In this document: piece by piece, positions 7,887 to 17,972 of the stretch
How positions within the stretch are numbered: position 1 is the first letter of the stretch
How the letters are laid out: each line of letters begins with the position of its first letter
DNA from: Pseudogymnoascus verrucosus
Lineage: Eukaryota
Strand: one strand, 5' to 3'
Assembly (NCBI GenBank): GCA_001662655.1
Contig: KV460279.1
DNA length: 20,000 bases
Position numbers and translations under genes: made by a program
The notes under the pieces: model-generated
The model's input: the letters and a program-made list of their open reading frames with translations, nothing else
What the model was told of the DNA's origin: nothing
The model's database searches: none

Positions 7887-10847
7887 CTAGTTAAAGAAAC
7901 CAGCCTTTGCCAACCCCAGCCAGTTTTTATGCGTGTCTCCAAAACTCAAAACCGTGCTCGGTTGGAGCTTCACGTGCGCATACTTGCCACCAGAGAAGAA
8001 GTATCCCTCTTCGAAATCCGTTCCCGGCACAAAGGTAAATGCGTCTATCTTTGTGAATCCCAATAGAGCCAATAGCGGCGAATTAGTCGAGACTTCTGGT
8101 TCTGGCTTGCCGTTGTTTTTACCGTAGATACTGTGGACAATTTCCTTCGATCCGGAAAAGAATGTAGAACAGTTTGGATCGCCTCCCTTCCAATAGTGCG
8201 GCACAACGCAATCAATGGACTCGAAGCCGCTCTTCTCCTTCAGACCTTTAAACACCATCGTCCAAGGGTTTAACTTGCCTCCCAGGAAGGGTTTTCCAGT
8301 CTCCACGTCCATAACTATACATGAATCCCCACTGAAAACCCACGCTACCTTCTCATCCTTATCTACTGTCAGGACTGCATCGACCCCATTAGGCAAACCC
8401 GCTAGCGCGGGCCACATGCCTTTGACTTCAATTGGAGTACCAGTTTTGGTTTTATCCACGGCGTCAAGACGGAGATATTTTGGACCATCAAAGAAGTACA
8501 CTTCATTAACCGACCACGGGAGATGCAATATGGCGCGCGGAAGAGGATTTGATTTTAGCGGAGGCTTTTGCTCGGGGGATAGGTTGGTCTTCTTGTCAAC
8601 GCCGTCCGTCGTTTTGTCAAGTACAACAGGATTGGCCTCAACAGGCTTTTTCTTGGAGTCATCGATCGTTTTATCGAGGTTGTCAGGTTTTAGGTTGGGT
8701 CCATTGGTCATTCCATTGGGACGGGCCGTCACGGATCCTGGAAGCGGTGCAGGTGAAAACACAACAGTTCCGTTCGGGGAAAAGTCCCCAATCTCTTTCT
8801 GTCCACCGTCTGCGCGAATGATCCAGTCCACAAAGTCATTAGCTCGCTGCTTATTGTTGGCTTTGCTGCCGATGACGAGCTCCGCACGCTTCAGCAGCGG
8901 ATCTTGGTCGTCATCCTTACCAACAGCCTAAATAAGTGAGCAGATGTTCACGAATCAACTGGAACATGCTTACAAAGATAGTCAATTCCTTGCGGCTCTC
9001 CTCACTTGCAGCATTCCATATACCTGTGTTCAAAGTCAGCAGAGTGTTCAAGCTGGGTATAAGACAATGTATTGTAATCTGATTGTCATTGTAACCACTC
9101 GTTGCTAGTGTGGACCATGTTTCGTGTTTTTGAGATCATAGCACAGATTTAGGTTCACATACCGCTATCAGTTAAGGTGTATGCGCCGATTATTGCAGCT
9201 TCAGCCAAGGTCTCCAAGGCGGAGCTCTCGGAGGACGCATACCAGGATGCTCCAGCCGAGGCTGATGGTGTCCGACCAATTGCGGACCAGATGGATGATT
9301 CCTTAACATTGGACGCGGACCCATCGGAGCGAGATAGGAACACTGTGGAGGAGCCGGGGTCGGCTTGGAGGCTGGTGTAAAGAGCTGAGAACAGTGCATA
9401 CACGCTTGTATCGCTGTTCTCTGGGAGTTTCGCTGGATTGTTTTGCGGGCCAACCAGCATCCAGTGGTCGCGCCAGCCAGTCTCTCTCCGGTCAATGATA
9501 CCTTGATTGGTGGCGAGTGTGTCAAGCAAAACACTATCCGTAATGCCAATATCGATAATATTCTCGCACAGATAGTCTATAGTGACACCTGAATCCGATG
9601 CGTAGAACTCAACAACGAATGGGGTCTCTTTCTTGATCTCGACACAACTATCAACACACTGTTAGATCATATATATATATGGATGATTGTGAGAGTAGTT
9701 ACTATTGAAGGTATCCATCAAGCAACTTTACCAGGAGGCCGGACTGATCTGACCCGCCCGTTCCAATGCGGAGACCGACGCCACTGCCAGGCCAGCTGTA
9801 GATCTGGTCCGGTGTAACGGTGGTACCATTAATTTTGGCGGTGCCACCATCTACTGTCCGACGCTGGTACTGAGTACTAGGATAACGTCGGTCTAGTCGT
9901 CCATCTTGATCATCTCTGGGATTATAACGCGGCCTAGGATTCCCGTATGGATCCCTTTCAGTCTGACGAGCCCAGTCAGGGATCTGGTACTGGTATTTGT
10001 TAGTCGCCAGATGGAAGTACTGACTACTAGGATAACGTCGGTCTAGTCGTCCGTCTTGATCATCTCTGGGATTATAACGCGGCCTAGGATTTCCGTATGG
10101 ATCCCTTTCAGTCTGACGAGCCCAGTCAGGGATCTGGTACTGGTATTTGTTAGTCGCCAGATGGAAGTACTGAGAGCTAGGATAACGTCGGTCTAGTCGT
10201 CCATCTTGATCATCTCTGGGGTTATAGCGCGGCCTAGGATTCCCGTATGGATCTCTTTGAGTCGGACCAGCCCAGTCAGGAATCTGGTACTGGTACTTGT
10301 TGGTTGCCAGGTGGAGATAGTGAGAAGGATAATAACACGAGCCATGAGAAGGATGATAACACGTGTCATGTCGTCCACCTTGCCCGTTGCTAGGAGGTGG
10401 TGGACGCTGCGACTTGTTAAGCGGTTGGACTGGAGCTACTCCTTCTTGGATGTCATCGCCAGCCGTGTTTGTGACACCACCCTCCCCATCATCAGGATTC
10501 GTAACGACGTCGCGGCGTGTGGGGAAGAATGGCTCGGGATTGCGTCGAACGGGGGGTACAGCATGCATAACCGGCCCAATTGGAAATCCCTAGCCTAAAT
10601 TAGATCTCCATGTGTAAGAAGGAGCTGTATGATCATAGAAGAGAATTTTTTGAGTTTGTTGAAGGGGAGCTGTTACTTCTTGCTCTTCTTCTCCGCTAGC
10701 ATTCACGAACGGTGCACCCTCAGTGGGAGGCCATGGAATTTCAATCCCCATCTCTTGCGCCTTTCGGATCTCATTTAGGGTGAGCTGTTTGCCATTGTGA
10801 AGCTTAAACATCAAATGCAATTGGAATGGTGGAATATCTGTAGCCAT
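7887..10847 (-). CDS. Multidomain protein (~877 aa): N-terminal unknown region + 3x 50-aa repeats + TupA-like PBP2 (tungstate-binding-like) domain + hemopexin repeats; exons 10847-10677, 10589-9703, 9647-9163, 9023-8974, 8927-7887
   Basis: Four GT-AG introns give one open frame of 2634 nt, with the start in a good accATGG context. TupA-like motifs: LRIGTGGSDQSGLL, PFVVEFYASDS, IDIGIT, RDHWMLVGPQNNPA, FLSRSDGSASNVKE, YTLTDSG, DPLLKRAELVIG, FVDWIIRADGGQKEIGDF. Hemopexin-like blades: VYFFDGPKYLRLD, WPALAGLPNGVDAV, AWVFSGD, IDCVV..TFFSG, IDAF..YFFSGGKYAHV. Exon 1 is the least certain part. Confidence 0.8.
9866..10320 (-). repeat. Coding tandem repeat, 3 near-identical 150-bp units (50 aa each)
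   Basis: ctaggataacgtcggtctagtcgtcc recurs with an exact 150-bp period (about 9877, 10027, 10177). The unit translates as YPSSQYFHLATNKYQYQIPDWARQTERDPYGNPRPRYNPRDDQDGRLDRR. Confidence 0.97.
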
Positions 10848-11442
10848 GGTAATCGCAGTCCAATGAGTTCTGGTGTTGGAATCGATGTATGGAGGATGGA
10901 AATTGGTATATCGGGCACCTTCCAACCTTTATGCAGTAGGGAAGAGTTCTCTCGCAACTTCTACCTCCTGTCGTGAACCCGAAATGCTCTTGCTCACACT
11001 CATTCTGTGGCTGGCTGATGTACAGCGTCGTCAGCTGCGCAAAGCTGTGTCCGCAGCTCCTGCGTTCATTCATCCAGTCTCAGTTGACACTTGCCAACCC
11101 TGCATCTGCTTAACGCACTCTTTGGCTGACTGAGAGCCAATAAAGATAGGCATGGTAACATCGAACGGTTCCTCATTGTTGCAGCTCTTCTGTCCTTCTT
11201 CACTGGTCGCTCAGCGCAAGCCACCGCCCGTTTTGTAACCGTGTCCAAGCTGAATCGCCGTAAGAAGGTGCCCGCCGTATGCGGGTGGTGGAATTGTTAA
11301 GCATTCAATGCTGCATCTGGTGCTAATTTGCTAACCACGACCACTCAGCACGTCCCATTGCCCACAGTTGCGAGCTGGACAAATTGAGGTCGGAGAGATA
11401 TGCAATCTATCGAAAGAGATGGTGTGCATTGCATAATATTCA

Positions 11443-11560
11443 TTGGAGTGGTGCGGAGTGAAGGAATCCGTTGCCTGGCGACTGGTTCTAGACGCATGCT
11501 GTACACCGCTGAAGAATCGTTAGAGTAATGCGGAGTGAAGGATCTGTTGGCTGGCGACTG
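11443..11560. repeat. Dispersed ~41-bp imperfect direct repeat (two copies, 77 bp apart)
   Basis: ttggagtggtgcggagtgaaggaatccgttgcctggcgactg (11443-11484) vs ttagagtaatgcggagtgaagga-tctgttggctggcgactg (11520-11560). Confidence 0.75.
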
Positions 11561-11694
11561 CCCCTGATATCCGTAGGTATGCTGCAAAAGCCGTTGTGGC
11601 TAGCTGAGAGCTGTGGTGGCTTGCTGGATAGCGGATTCGCCGTTGGGCGTACGCTGGCGCCATGTTCACGTCGGGTTTGGCGGGAATGTATGGT

Positions 11695-11730
11695 TCCCCG
11701 CGCGCCGTCCCCGCGTGCCGTCCCCGTGTG
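11695..11730. repeat. GC-rich 13-bp tandem repeat (2.8 copies) containing SYGGRG (CreA/Mig1-type) motifs on the minus strand
   Basis: tccccgcgcgccg tccccgcgtgccg tccccgtgtg. CCCCGC is the reverse complement of GCGGGG. Confidence 0.55.
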
Positions 11731-11920
11731 GAGAATGGACGGAAAGGACAGGCTGAAACCCCGCACCTTATTTCACATGGGTTCACAAACAACGCTAAAC
11801 ATAGCAACGAACCCGACTCTGGTCCAAATTCTGGGAATTCATTCTAGCGAGTAACGAGCGCGCATCAAGTATCCCTAACAGGCCTGACTTCAAGTGCTCT
11901 GCGTAGATCTGAAGTATGAC

Positions 11921-12089
11921 CAGTGGGAAACAGCCATCGGAGTTGCCGCTCGAAAAGGGCATCAAATTATCGTTAAGCGCCTCTTGTCCCCCGGGGAGCC
12001 ATGTCGAAGGGCTTAGACCTTACTAGACATGCCTCGTTGTGGCTGCATTGCATGAACATGCTTCCATTGTTAAAGACACGTTGGATTAG
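11921..12089 (+). pseudogene. Decayed ankyrin-repeat gene fragment
   Basis: One frame reads QWETAIGVAARKGHQIIVKRLLS. After a frameshift near 11990-12000, another frame reads HVEGLRPY*TCLVVAALHEHASIVKDTLD*. Both match the ankyrin consensus TxLxxAAxxGHxxIVKxLL. Confidence 0.6.
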
Positions 12090-12423
12090 TAGAACGTATT
12101 TAAAGGATTGAGATTTATTTTAGGGTAGTCTTGGGGTGAAGCGAGGGTGGGCAGGGTGGGCTGGGTGAGCTGGGCGTGTCCATTCTAGTGCCAAACCTGG
12201 TATTGAGCTCGACTCCTGAGGCCCTTGGTGTCACTCTAACGGAATATATTGATAACGTTCGTGGCTTTGGCAATATCCTGGCAGCTATGACCTGCGATTG
12301 TAACAAGTACTACCATTACGTCATGATCATGAACAGTTAGTTGTTTAATCAGCATCCACCATCACCTTATCGTCACGATTAATCTATCACTCATGCTGCG
12401 TTCAATGCAACGACTCACAAAAT

Positions 12424-13261
12424 ATGGTTAGTAAAAAGCCCCATCAAATGTCAAATCTAAAAGCTGATCCTCATTCCATTTATTTCCTAGGTATCGACAC
12501 GCGCCAGCTCTAAGCGCAAACGCTCATCTTCTACAGGAGATGACCAGAATGTAGCCGACAACCCTCAACCCAAACGTCGGGGGGAGGATGCCCCAACTCG
12601 TCTCAATAAGTCTCAAACAGTAGAGAGTCACGACGGAGTCGTGCTACCAGCGCAGAAAAAAACTACCACCTCCACACGGCCACCCTCCTCGACGTTTTCT
12701 CACCCCATAATATTCACCATTGGCCACGGCACGCGCACACTATCCACCCTGATTGATCTCCTCCAATCCGCACATGTCACCAGACTCGTAGACGTCCGCT
12801 CGATCCCGAAGTCCTATACAAACCCCCAATTCAATCACGATGATCTAGTCACATCTACCGAATTAAAGGCAGCCAACATAGAATATATATGGTATGGTGT
12901 CAAACTCGGCGGTCGCCGCAACGCACAGCAGCCCAATGTTGAGCAGCATACAGCCATCCGCGTCACGGCATTTAGGAATTACGCTGGTTATATGAGCACT
13001 CAGAACTTTCGAGATGGGTTGGAAGAGCTGAAGGCGTTATGCAAAAAGCCGCAGAGTAGGGGAGGCCATTTGGTGGCGATCATGTGTAGCGAGACGCTTT
13101 GGTGGCGGTGCCATCGGCGGATGATTGCAGATGCGCTGGTAGTAGAAGGATGGGACGCACAGCATTTAGGCATCAAAAAGGGAGAGCCTATGAAGCATGT
13201 CTTGTGGGATATTGTAAGATGTGATGATAACGGGGAATTGATATATGATGTCAAGTCGTGA
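12424..13261 (+). CDS. DUF488 family protein with basic N-terminal extension; exons 12424-12426 (ATG only), 12491-13261
   Basis: DUF488 motifs IFTIGHGTR, LVDVRSIPKS..NPQFN, LGGRR, FRNYAGYM and AIMCSETLWWRCHRRMIADAL. The intron gttagt..cctag (12427-12490) joins the ATG to an in-frame VSTRASSKRKR... Confidence 0.85.
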
Positions 13262-13570
13262 GGTTTCTTCAGTTGGTGCCATCCCTCTCTAATCGGAGGA
13301 ATCAGCCCCCGCAGGAAGGTAAATTCTATAGTGCTAGTTACAAATAAAATATCAGTGAGCATCGCTACACGCAATACTTAACTTGCCCACTTTGTGGCAA
13401 CTATTGATTCTAGCGAACCATGGTGGAATTCTCACTTCGTGCCTGGGATAGGGGCGGCGGTGCCGCCCTTATTTTGTGAGCTTTAGATTGAGTGAGCTGA
13501 TGTCAATCAACAAAAGTCTGACTGACTGCTCCGCAAAAAATAGTTCGTTATCGCATGGCCTGACTTCACC

Positions 13571-14038
13571 ATGGATCCACAAACAATTGAACTCGTTGAA
13601 TCCATGATCGGTCAGTTCTACTTCCTACAAGTTTGAACCTGCGTTTGAATTTCATCCCGTTTCATCGATGGCTTACAGTTTACGCAACTAGGCATTTTCG
13701 ACGCCATCTCTAGCGATCTCTCAAGCGTACAGACCATCGTCAGCGCAGACAAGCTCGAGACGGACGGCCACTACCTGCTGCAGCTTGATGAGAAGCTTAT
13801 CATAACCAAATGGCAAGCCCTGGCTGCGGAATGTTAGTATCTCGACTGTCCTTTTTGATTTGCGCTTTTCTCAGCTGCCTGTCACATCCCGTCCCGGCCG
13901 CGCATATCACGTCTTACTCTAGCTCTCTCTCGTGTGATTGGTTTGAACCCGCAATTGACAGAACTGGCACGACTCGTCCACAGGCAAAGAGTACGCCAAC
14001 GGAGCTGTGAAATCCTTTGCGGCTATAAAGTCGAATAG
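13571..14038 (+). CDS. Possible small hypothetical protein (~99 aa) or gene remnant; tentative exons 13571-13610, 13692-13832, 13923-14038
   Basis: Good start context (caccATGG). Donors gtcagt and gttagt with tag acceptors keep frame: MDPQTIELVESMIGIFDAISSDLSSVQTIVSADKLETDGHYLLQLDEKLIITKWQALAAESLSRVIGLNPQLTELARLV... No recognised domain. Confidence 0.3.
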
Positions 14039-14621
14039 TCATTAACTCATTTTTTGTATTTCCTTTAGCTCAGTCTGCTAGGTTAGATATTTGCTCCATT
14101 TTCTGCCTTATCCTATTTGTTGCAAGGTCCTTTCTTCTGAAGAACGGAGAGCTTGATCATAAGTAGCCTGTTCAACTTTATCACTTGCAACTCGACGACA
14201 TTCCACTGTTTCCTTGACCCCTCCAGCTTCTTTCATTCGCTCACCATACTGCAGCCGCTCTGCGCTCTGGATTTGGCCTATATATTAATTAAATACAGTA
14301 CAGGACAGTTAGACACTTTTTAGAATAGTATTAGTAACATGGCGTCGTCTCACGATTGTCAATTACTGAAGCTTTGCGATGCGGCTTTAAATACCACATT
14401 GTATTTGCATTCCGGTTGTTATAATGGGTAACTGGGCTACAAGTATGAGGAATAGCTATTGTAACTATAGCCTTAAGCTCCTGCCTTTTGCAAAGTGATA
14501 CCCGTATTCGAAACTGGCAAGCTGCATCTTTGCAGATTAAGATGTGGCGTTTACGGTCTGACTACGAGTTAGGGCACCCGCTCATAACGGTCAGAACACT
14601 TGAAACCCATCAAAGCAACTA

Positions 14622-15847
14622 TCACGCTATCCTGCCCTCTAAATCGGTATCTGACGTCTTCTCGCCATGTAAAATCGACCTATAAGATTGATATCGCCTC
14701 AGCATTCCTTTGATTTTTAATCTCCTCACCATAAAGAACACCGCTGCCGCAGCTCCGAGTACGAACAAGGGTATCCACCACTTGGCAGACCTACTTAACG
14801 AAACAATTAAAGATGCATCATAAGAGTGCCACGATGAGCTACCAAGATGGTTGAATATGGGAGTCGAAACAGGGCCGTTCAAGCTGTGCAGCTTGAAGTT
14901 GTCCAGGGGTCCAGCAAGGATCTTCAACTCTGATCTATTTGGTTGCAGGGCATGGATTGTCCTAGTCATATAAAATCAGTCGGAGGCGCACCTTTCAAGT
15001 CGAGCAGCTGCCGCAACTCTGGATAATCACTTACGAAGCATAATGGCACCCCGTACTGAACATAACAGTCGGATATGGCAATCCAAACCACCGCCTATTA
15101 TACATCTTCAAACTGCGCACCAACTTCCCCACGAACTCATTCCTTTTACTCGCCATCATGAACCCAATCGAGAAACCCGTCGGATGTGCCGCTGGAGCAA
15201 CAAAGCTGAATCTTCGTAGCGGACCTAGCGATCTTGTGCATTTCAGATCCATATCAAGAACAACTCCTGTGCCAAGTCAGCATTAGCATCTAAATACTGT
15301 ACATATAAACCAATATCCAATTCCCTAAGAGGCAAGAGAGAGCAGAATAATACTCACCACCATACTCATACAGCACCATATACCTCAACGCATCAATCCT
15401 CTGAATCGTATAACCATACCGCTCCCACATATGCAGCAACTCTGGAAATCTCTCCCTGACAAAATCTCCCGCATTCCCATCCGTCCACAGCATCGCCTCC
15501 CATCCCGGATGCAGCTCCAAACACGCATTCCTCGCATCGATCCATTTCCCCTGCGGCTTGTGACTCCCCAGCGCAATATGGTGCAGCACAGGTGGGACGA
15601 GGTCGCGGTACAACGGACCCGCCGAGTCCTGCGTGCGGCTGTAGTTCGCAAAGCTGAGATCAAAAGCGTCGCGGTCCGCGTTGGGTGAGATGAGGAAGTC
15701 GGGCGCGCCCCGTGGCCAATTAAAGGTTAGGGAGAGGAGGGAGTAGGTCGTGCAGATCAGGGTGCGGAAATAGTAGAGCGTGAGAATCCCGACAATGATG
15801 CCATAGGCGAAGATGATGGGGTGCGTGCGATAGAGTCGTAATGACAT
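14622..15847 (-). CDS. GT32 glycosyltransferase (MIPC-synthase/GntA-like); exons 15847-15358, 15266-15035, 14961-14622
   Basis: N-terminal TM segment followed by VPPVLHHI, ACLELHPGWEAMLWTD, YGYTIQRIDALRYMVLYEYG/GVVLDMDL (DxD motif across the intron), HPTGFSIGFM, VMFSTG, HLGSSSWH and a C-terminal TM segment. Both introns are canonical. Confidence 0.9.
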
Positions 15848-16033
15848 GATTGGGAACAATTAGTGGTCTAGACGTCGTAAACTCCACGTCTCAGATCATG
15901 GCACAACAACCCAAAATGCTAAAATTGGAGCTTCGGGAGCTTGTTTTTTCACGCTGGAAGTGATTGGGGGGTTTGGTGCTTATATATGTGGAACGGAAGC
16001 CTCGGAAGGCCAAACGAGTAACGGGAATTATGA

Positions 16034-17145
16034 TTAAGCTTTGTCCTCTATGCTAGGTACCTTTTTTAGGTCATTAAACCACACATACCGGCTCAAAACT
16101 AGATACAAGTGCCGATCCCACGAGTACTGGCTATTGTGGTTGCGGAAGGCACTGCGAGTCTTCATGTATCGATGCCACGTATTGGCAACCAGCGCTTTGT
16201 GGCTGTAGCTGAGACCCGCCACAGGGGATGGGAAAGCCATCGCTTCCAAGATGCGCCAGGTAAAGGGTAATGCGGTCAGAGTGAGGTCACCGAGAAAGGT
16301 GTATTTGCGGAGAAGGGTGGTTGTGGTGACCATGTAAGCGATGGGAGCTTCTCCATTGGTCGATGCATAATTGCTAGGGAGTGAACATGAGCTTCGCGTT
16401 CGGAGCCAATCAGGTGAGGCGGGTGGAGGGAGACAAGGCGAATTTACCTTATAGCGGCGCTAACAGCCCTGTGGTTTATATGTCCGGAGATCCCGCCTGA
16501 ATCAAATGTGAGGATCTGAATTGGAGAATGCTGTCAGTGACATTCCCAAAGCATATAAATGATTGTTGTTGGGAAGAGAGAACTTACAGCGTCAATGTCC
16601 CATTTGTGGACATACTCGGTCACGATGCTTTGGATGAGATCCGTATTCCACCATACCGTTGGATTATCCTGCAATTCGGCTTCATCTAGTGCGACGCATC
16701 TAGCCAGGTCGATGCCCAGCGACTCACAGGAGCCTCTCAGCTCCTCTTTCCTCGTCTCGCCAATCCCAGTATTATTCCCTGCAACAGAGTCAAACCCCGA
16801 ATATCCACTTCCTGCCTATGCAACCTCACCTGTAGACATAACCAGCAAGCCTCCTCTAACATCATGATTCCTGTCTAGCACCCCTAAAATGCTCGGTGCG
16901 AAGAACAAACACTCATCGTCAGGATGCGCAGTCACGATCAGCAAATTCTTCGCACCCTGTAGTGAGGATGGTAAGAGCCTTGCATCGCTGCCTACCAGGT
17001 ATCCGATCAGCCATTGTAAGAACAGTGGCAGCACCAGGAGGATCGGCGCGATGCGCATTATCCAGCGCCAGGCGTGCCTTGAGAGTCTGCTGATAAGCCT
17101 GGATGCGGTGGGTCGTAGCATCGGTAATGGCTTAAATGCGTACAT
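16034..17145 (-). CDS. PIG-L/LmbE-family N-acetylglucosaminyl de-N-acetylase (Gpi12-like / DacA-like); exons 17145-16830, 16778-16588, 16515-16448, 16373-16034
   Basis: N-terminal membrane anchor, then LLIVTAHPDDECLFFAPSI, STGNNTGIGETRKEEL, ELQDNPTVWW, ILTFDSGGISGHINHRAV (HxxH metal motif), LLRKY, HNSQYSWDRHLY and SRYVWFNDL. Confidence 0.92.
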
Positions 17146-17972
17146 GAGGCAAGGAGGTGGTTAAGTCCGGACTGACTGTCGAGCGTAGTTAATAGAGACA
17201 GAAGTAAGTGGATAGGAAGTTTATCTTATGCGGTGAATTGTGATGTGGTAGGCTCTGCGTGGCCTGGAATGCTCGGAAGTTGCAGTTAGCTCTGTCGTCT
17301 GATATTCACTGGGATATGCGACGGGGAGCAAATAAGGTTGGGGTTGACGTATTAAGCTTTCACTACTGACGCTAGAGGCCCATCTCACGCTTGGCAGTGC
17401 TGACGTACGGTACAACCACGAATGCGTCCGCTCTAGGTGAGGGTAAGGGCGGCGCATTGTTTTACAATCGTTGACTGTGCATTCGGCAATTGCCGTATTT
17501 TATTCTGAAGCTGTTGTCAGGATTCCGGCAAAAATGCAGGGCATGCGAACTGCGGCGGATTGAAGAATTCGATGTCGCATCTCTCGTAATTTCGTGCTTA
17601 CGCGTCACTTTGACGTCGTTACGATTAGTGAATCGCGCAAGCCGCTTACTCGCCAAATCAGCCGGAAAGTTCGGAGCGTCATGAAAGCCACCTACTCATC
17701 GCTCGGAGGCTGCTTCCATCCGTTGGTCAGTTTCGATGAATGAGATACATGCCTACATATGACAAATAGTCGCGGATGCGCCGTTTACCGTAATTTAACC
17801 TTCCCAACGAAATTGAGCTTTGATCTATAGCACAATAATTTCCCCTTCTTGAGCACGAGGAAGGCTGGGCGAGTCTGCTCTCACCTCTTGTCACAGGTGT
17901 CGTGCACTTCTAGACTTCTTCTGAAATGCTCCGAAACGAAAAACAAAAACAACAGAAGTAGTTGGCGTCCGC

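Noticed and set aside
8215..8931. 238-aa plus-strand ORF
   Set aside because: It is the antisense shadow of the last exon of the TupA-hemopexin gene and has no independent motifs.
9702..9704. Apparent premature stop after DGYLQ suggesting a pseudogene
   Set aside because: The TAG overlaps a GT donor (TA|gtaact). Splicing 9702-9648 restores the frame into the PFVVEFYASDS motif.
9866..10320. CRISPR-like array
   Set aside because: The units are 150-bp contiguous in-frame coding repeats with no unique spacers, and the context is eukaryotic.
13452..13477. GC hairpin (gggcggc-ggt-gccgccc) followed by a T-rich run, resembling a bacterial intrinsic terminator downstream of DUF488
   Set aside because: The stem is only 7 bp, lies about 190 bp past the stop codon in a eukaryotic genome, and is expected by chance.
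14090..14280. Short purine-rich open frames on the minus strand
   Set aside because: No convincing start, splice model or recognisable motif.
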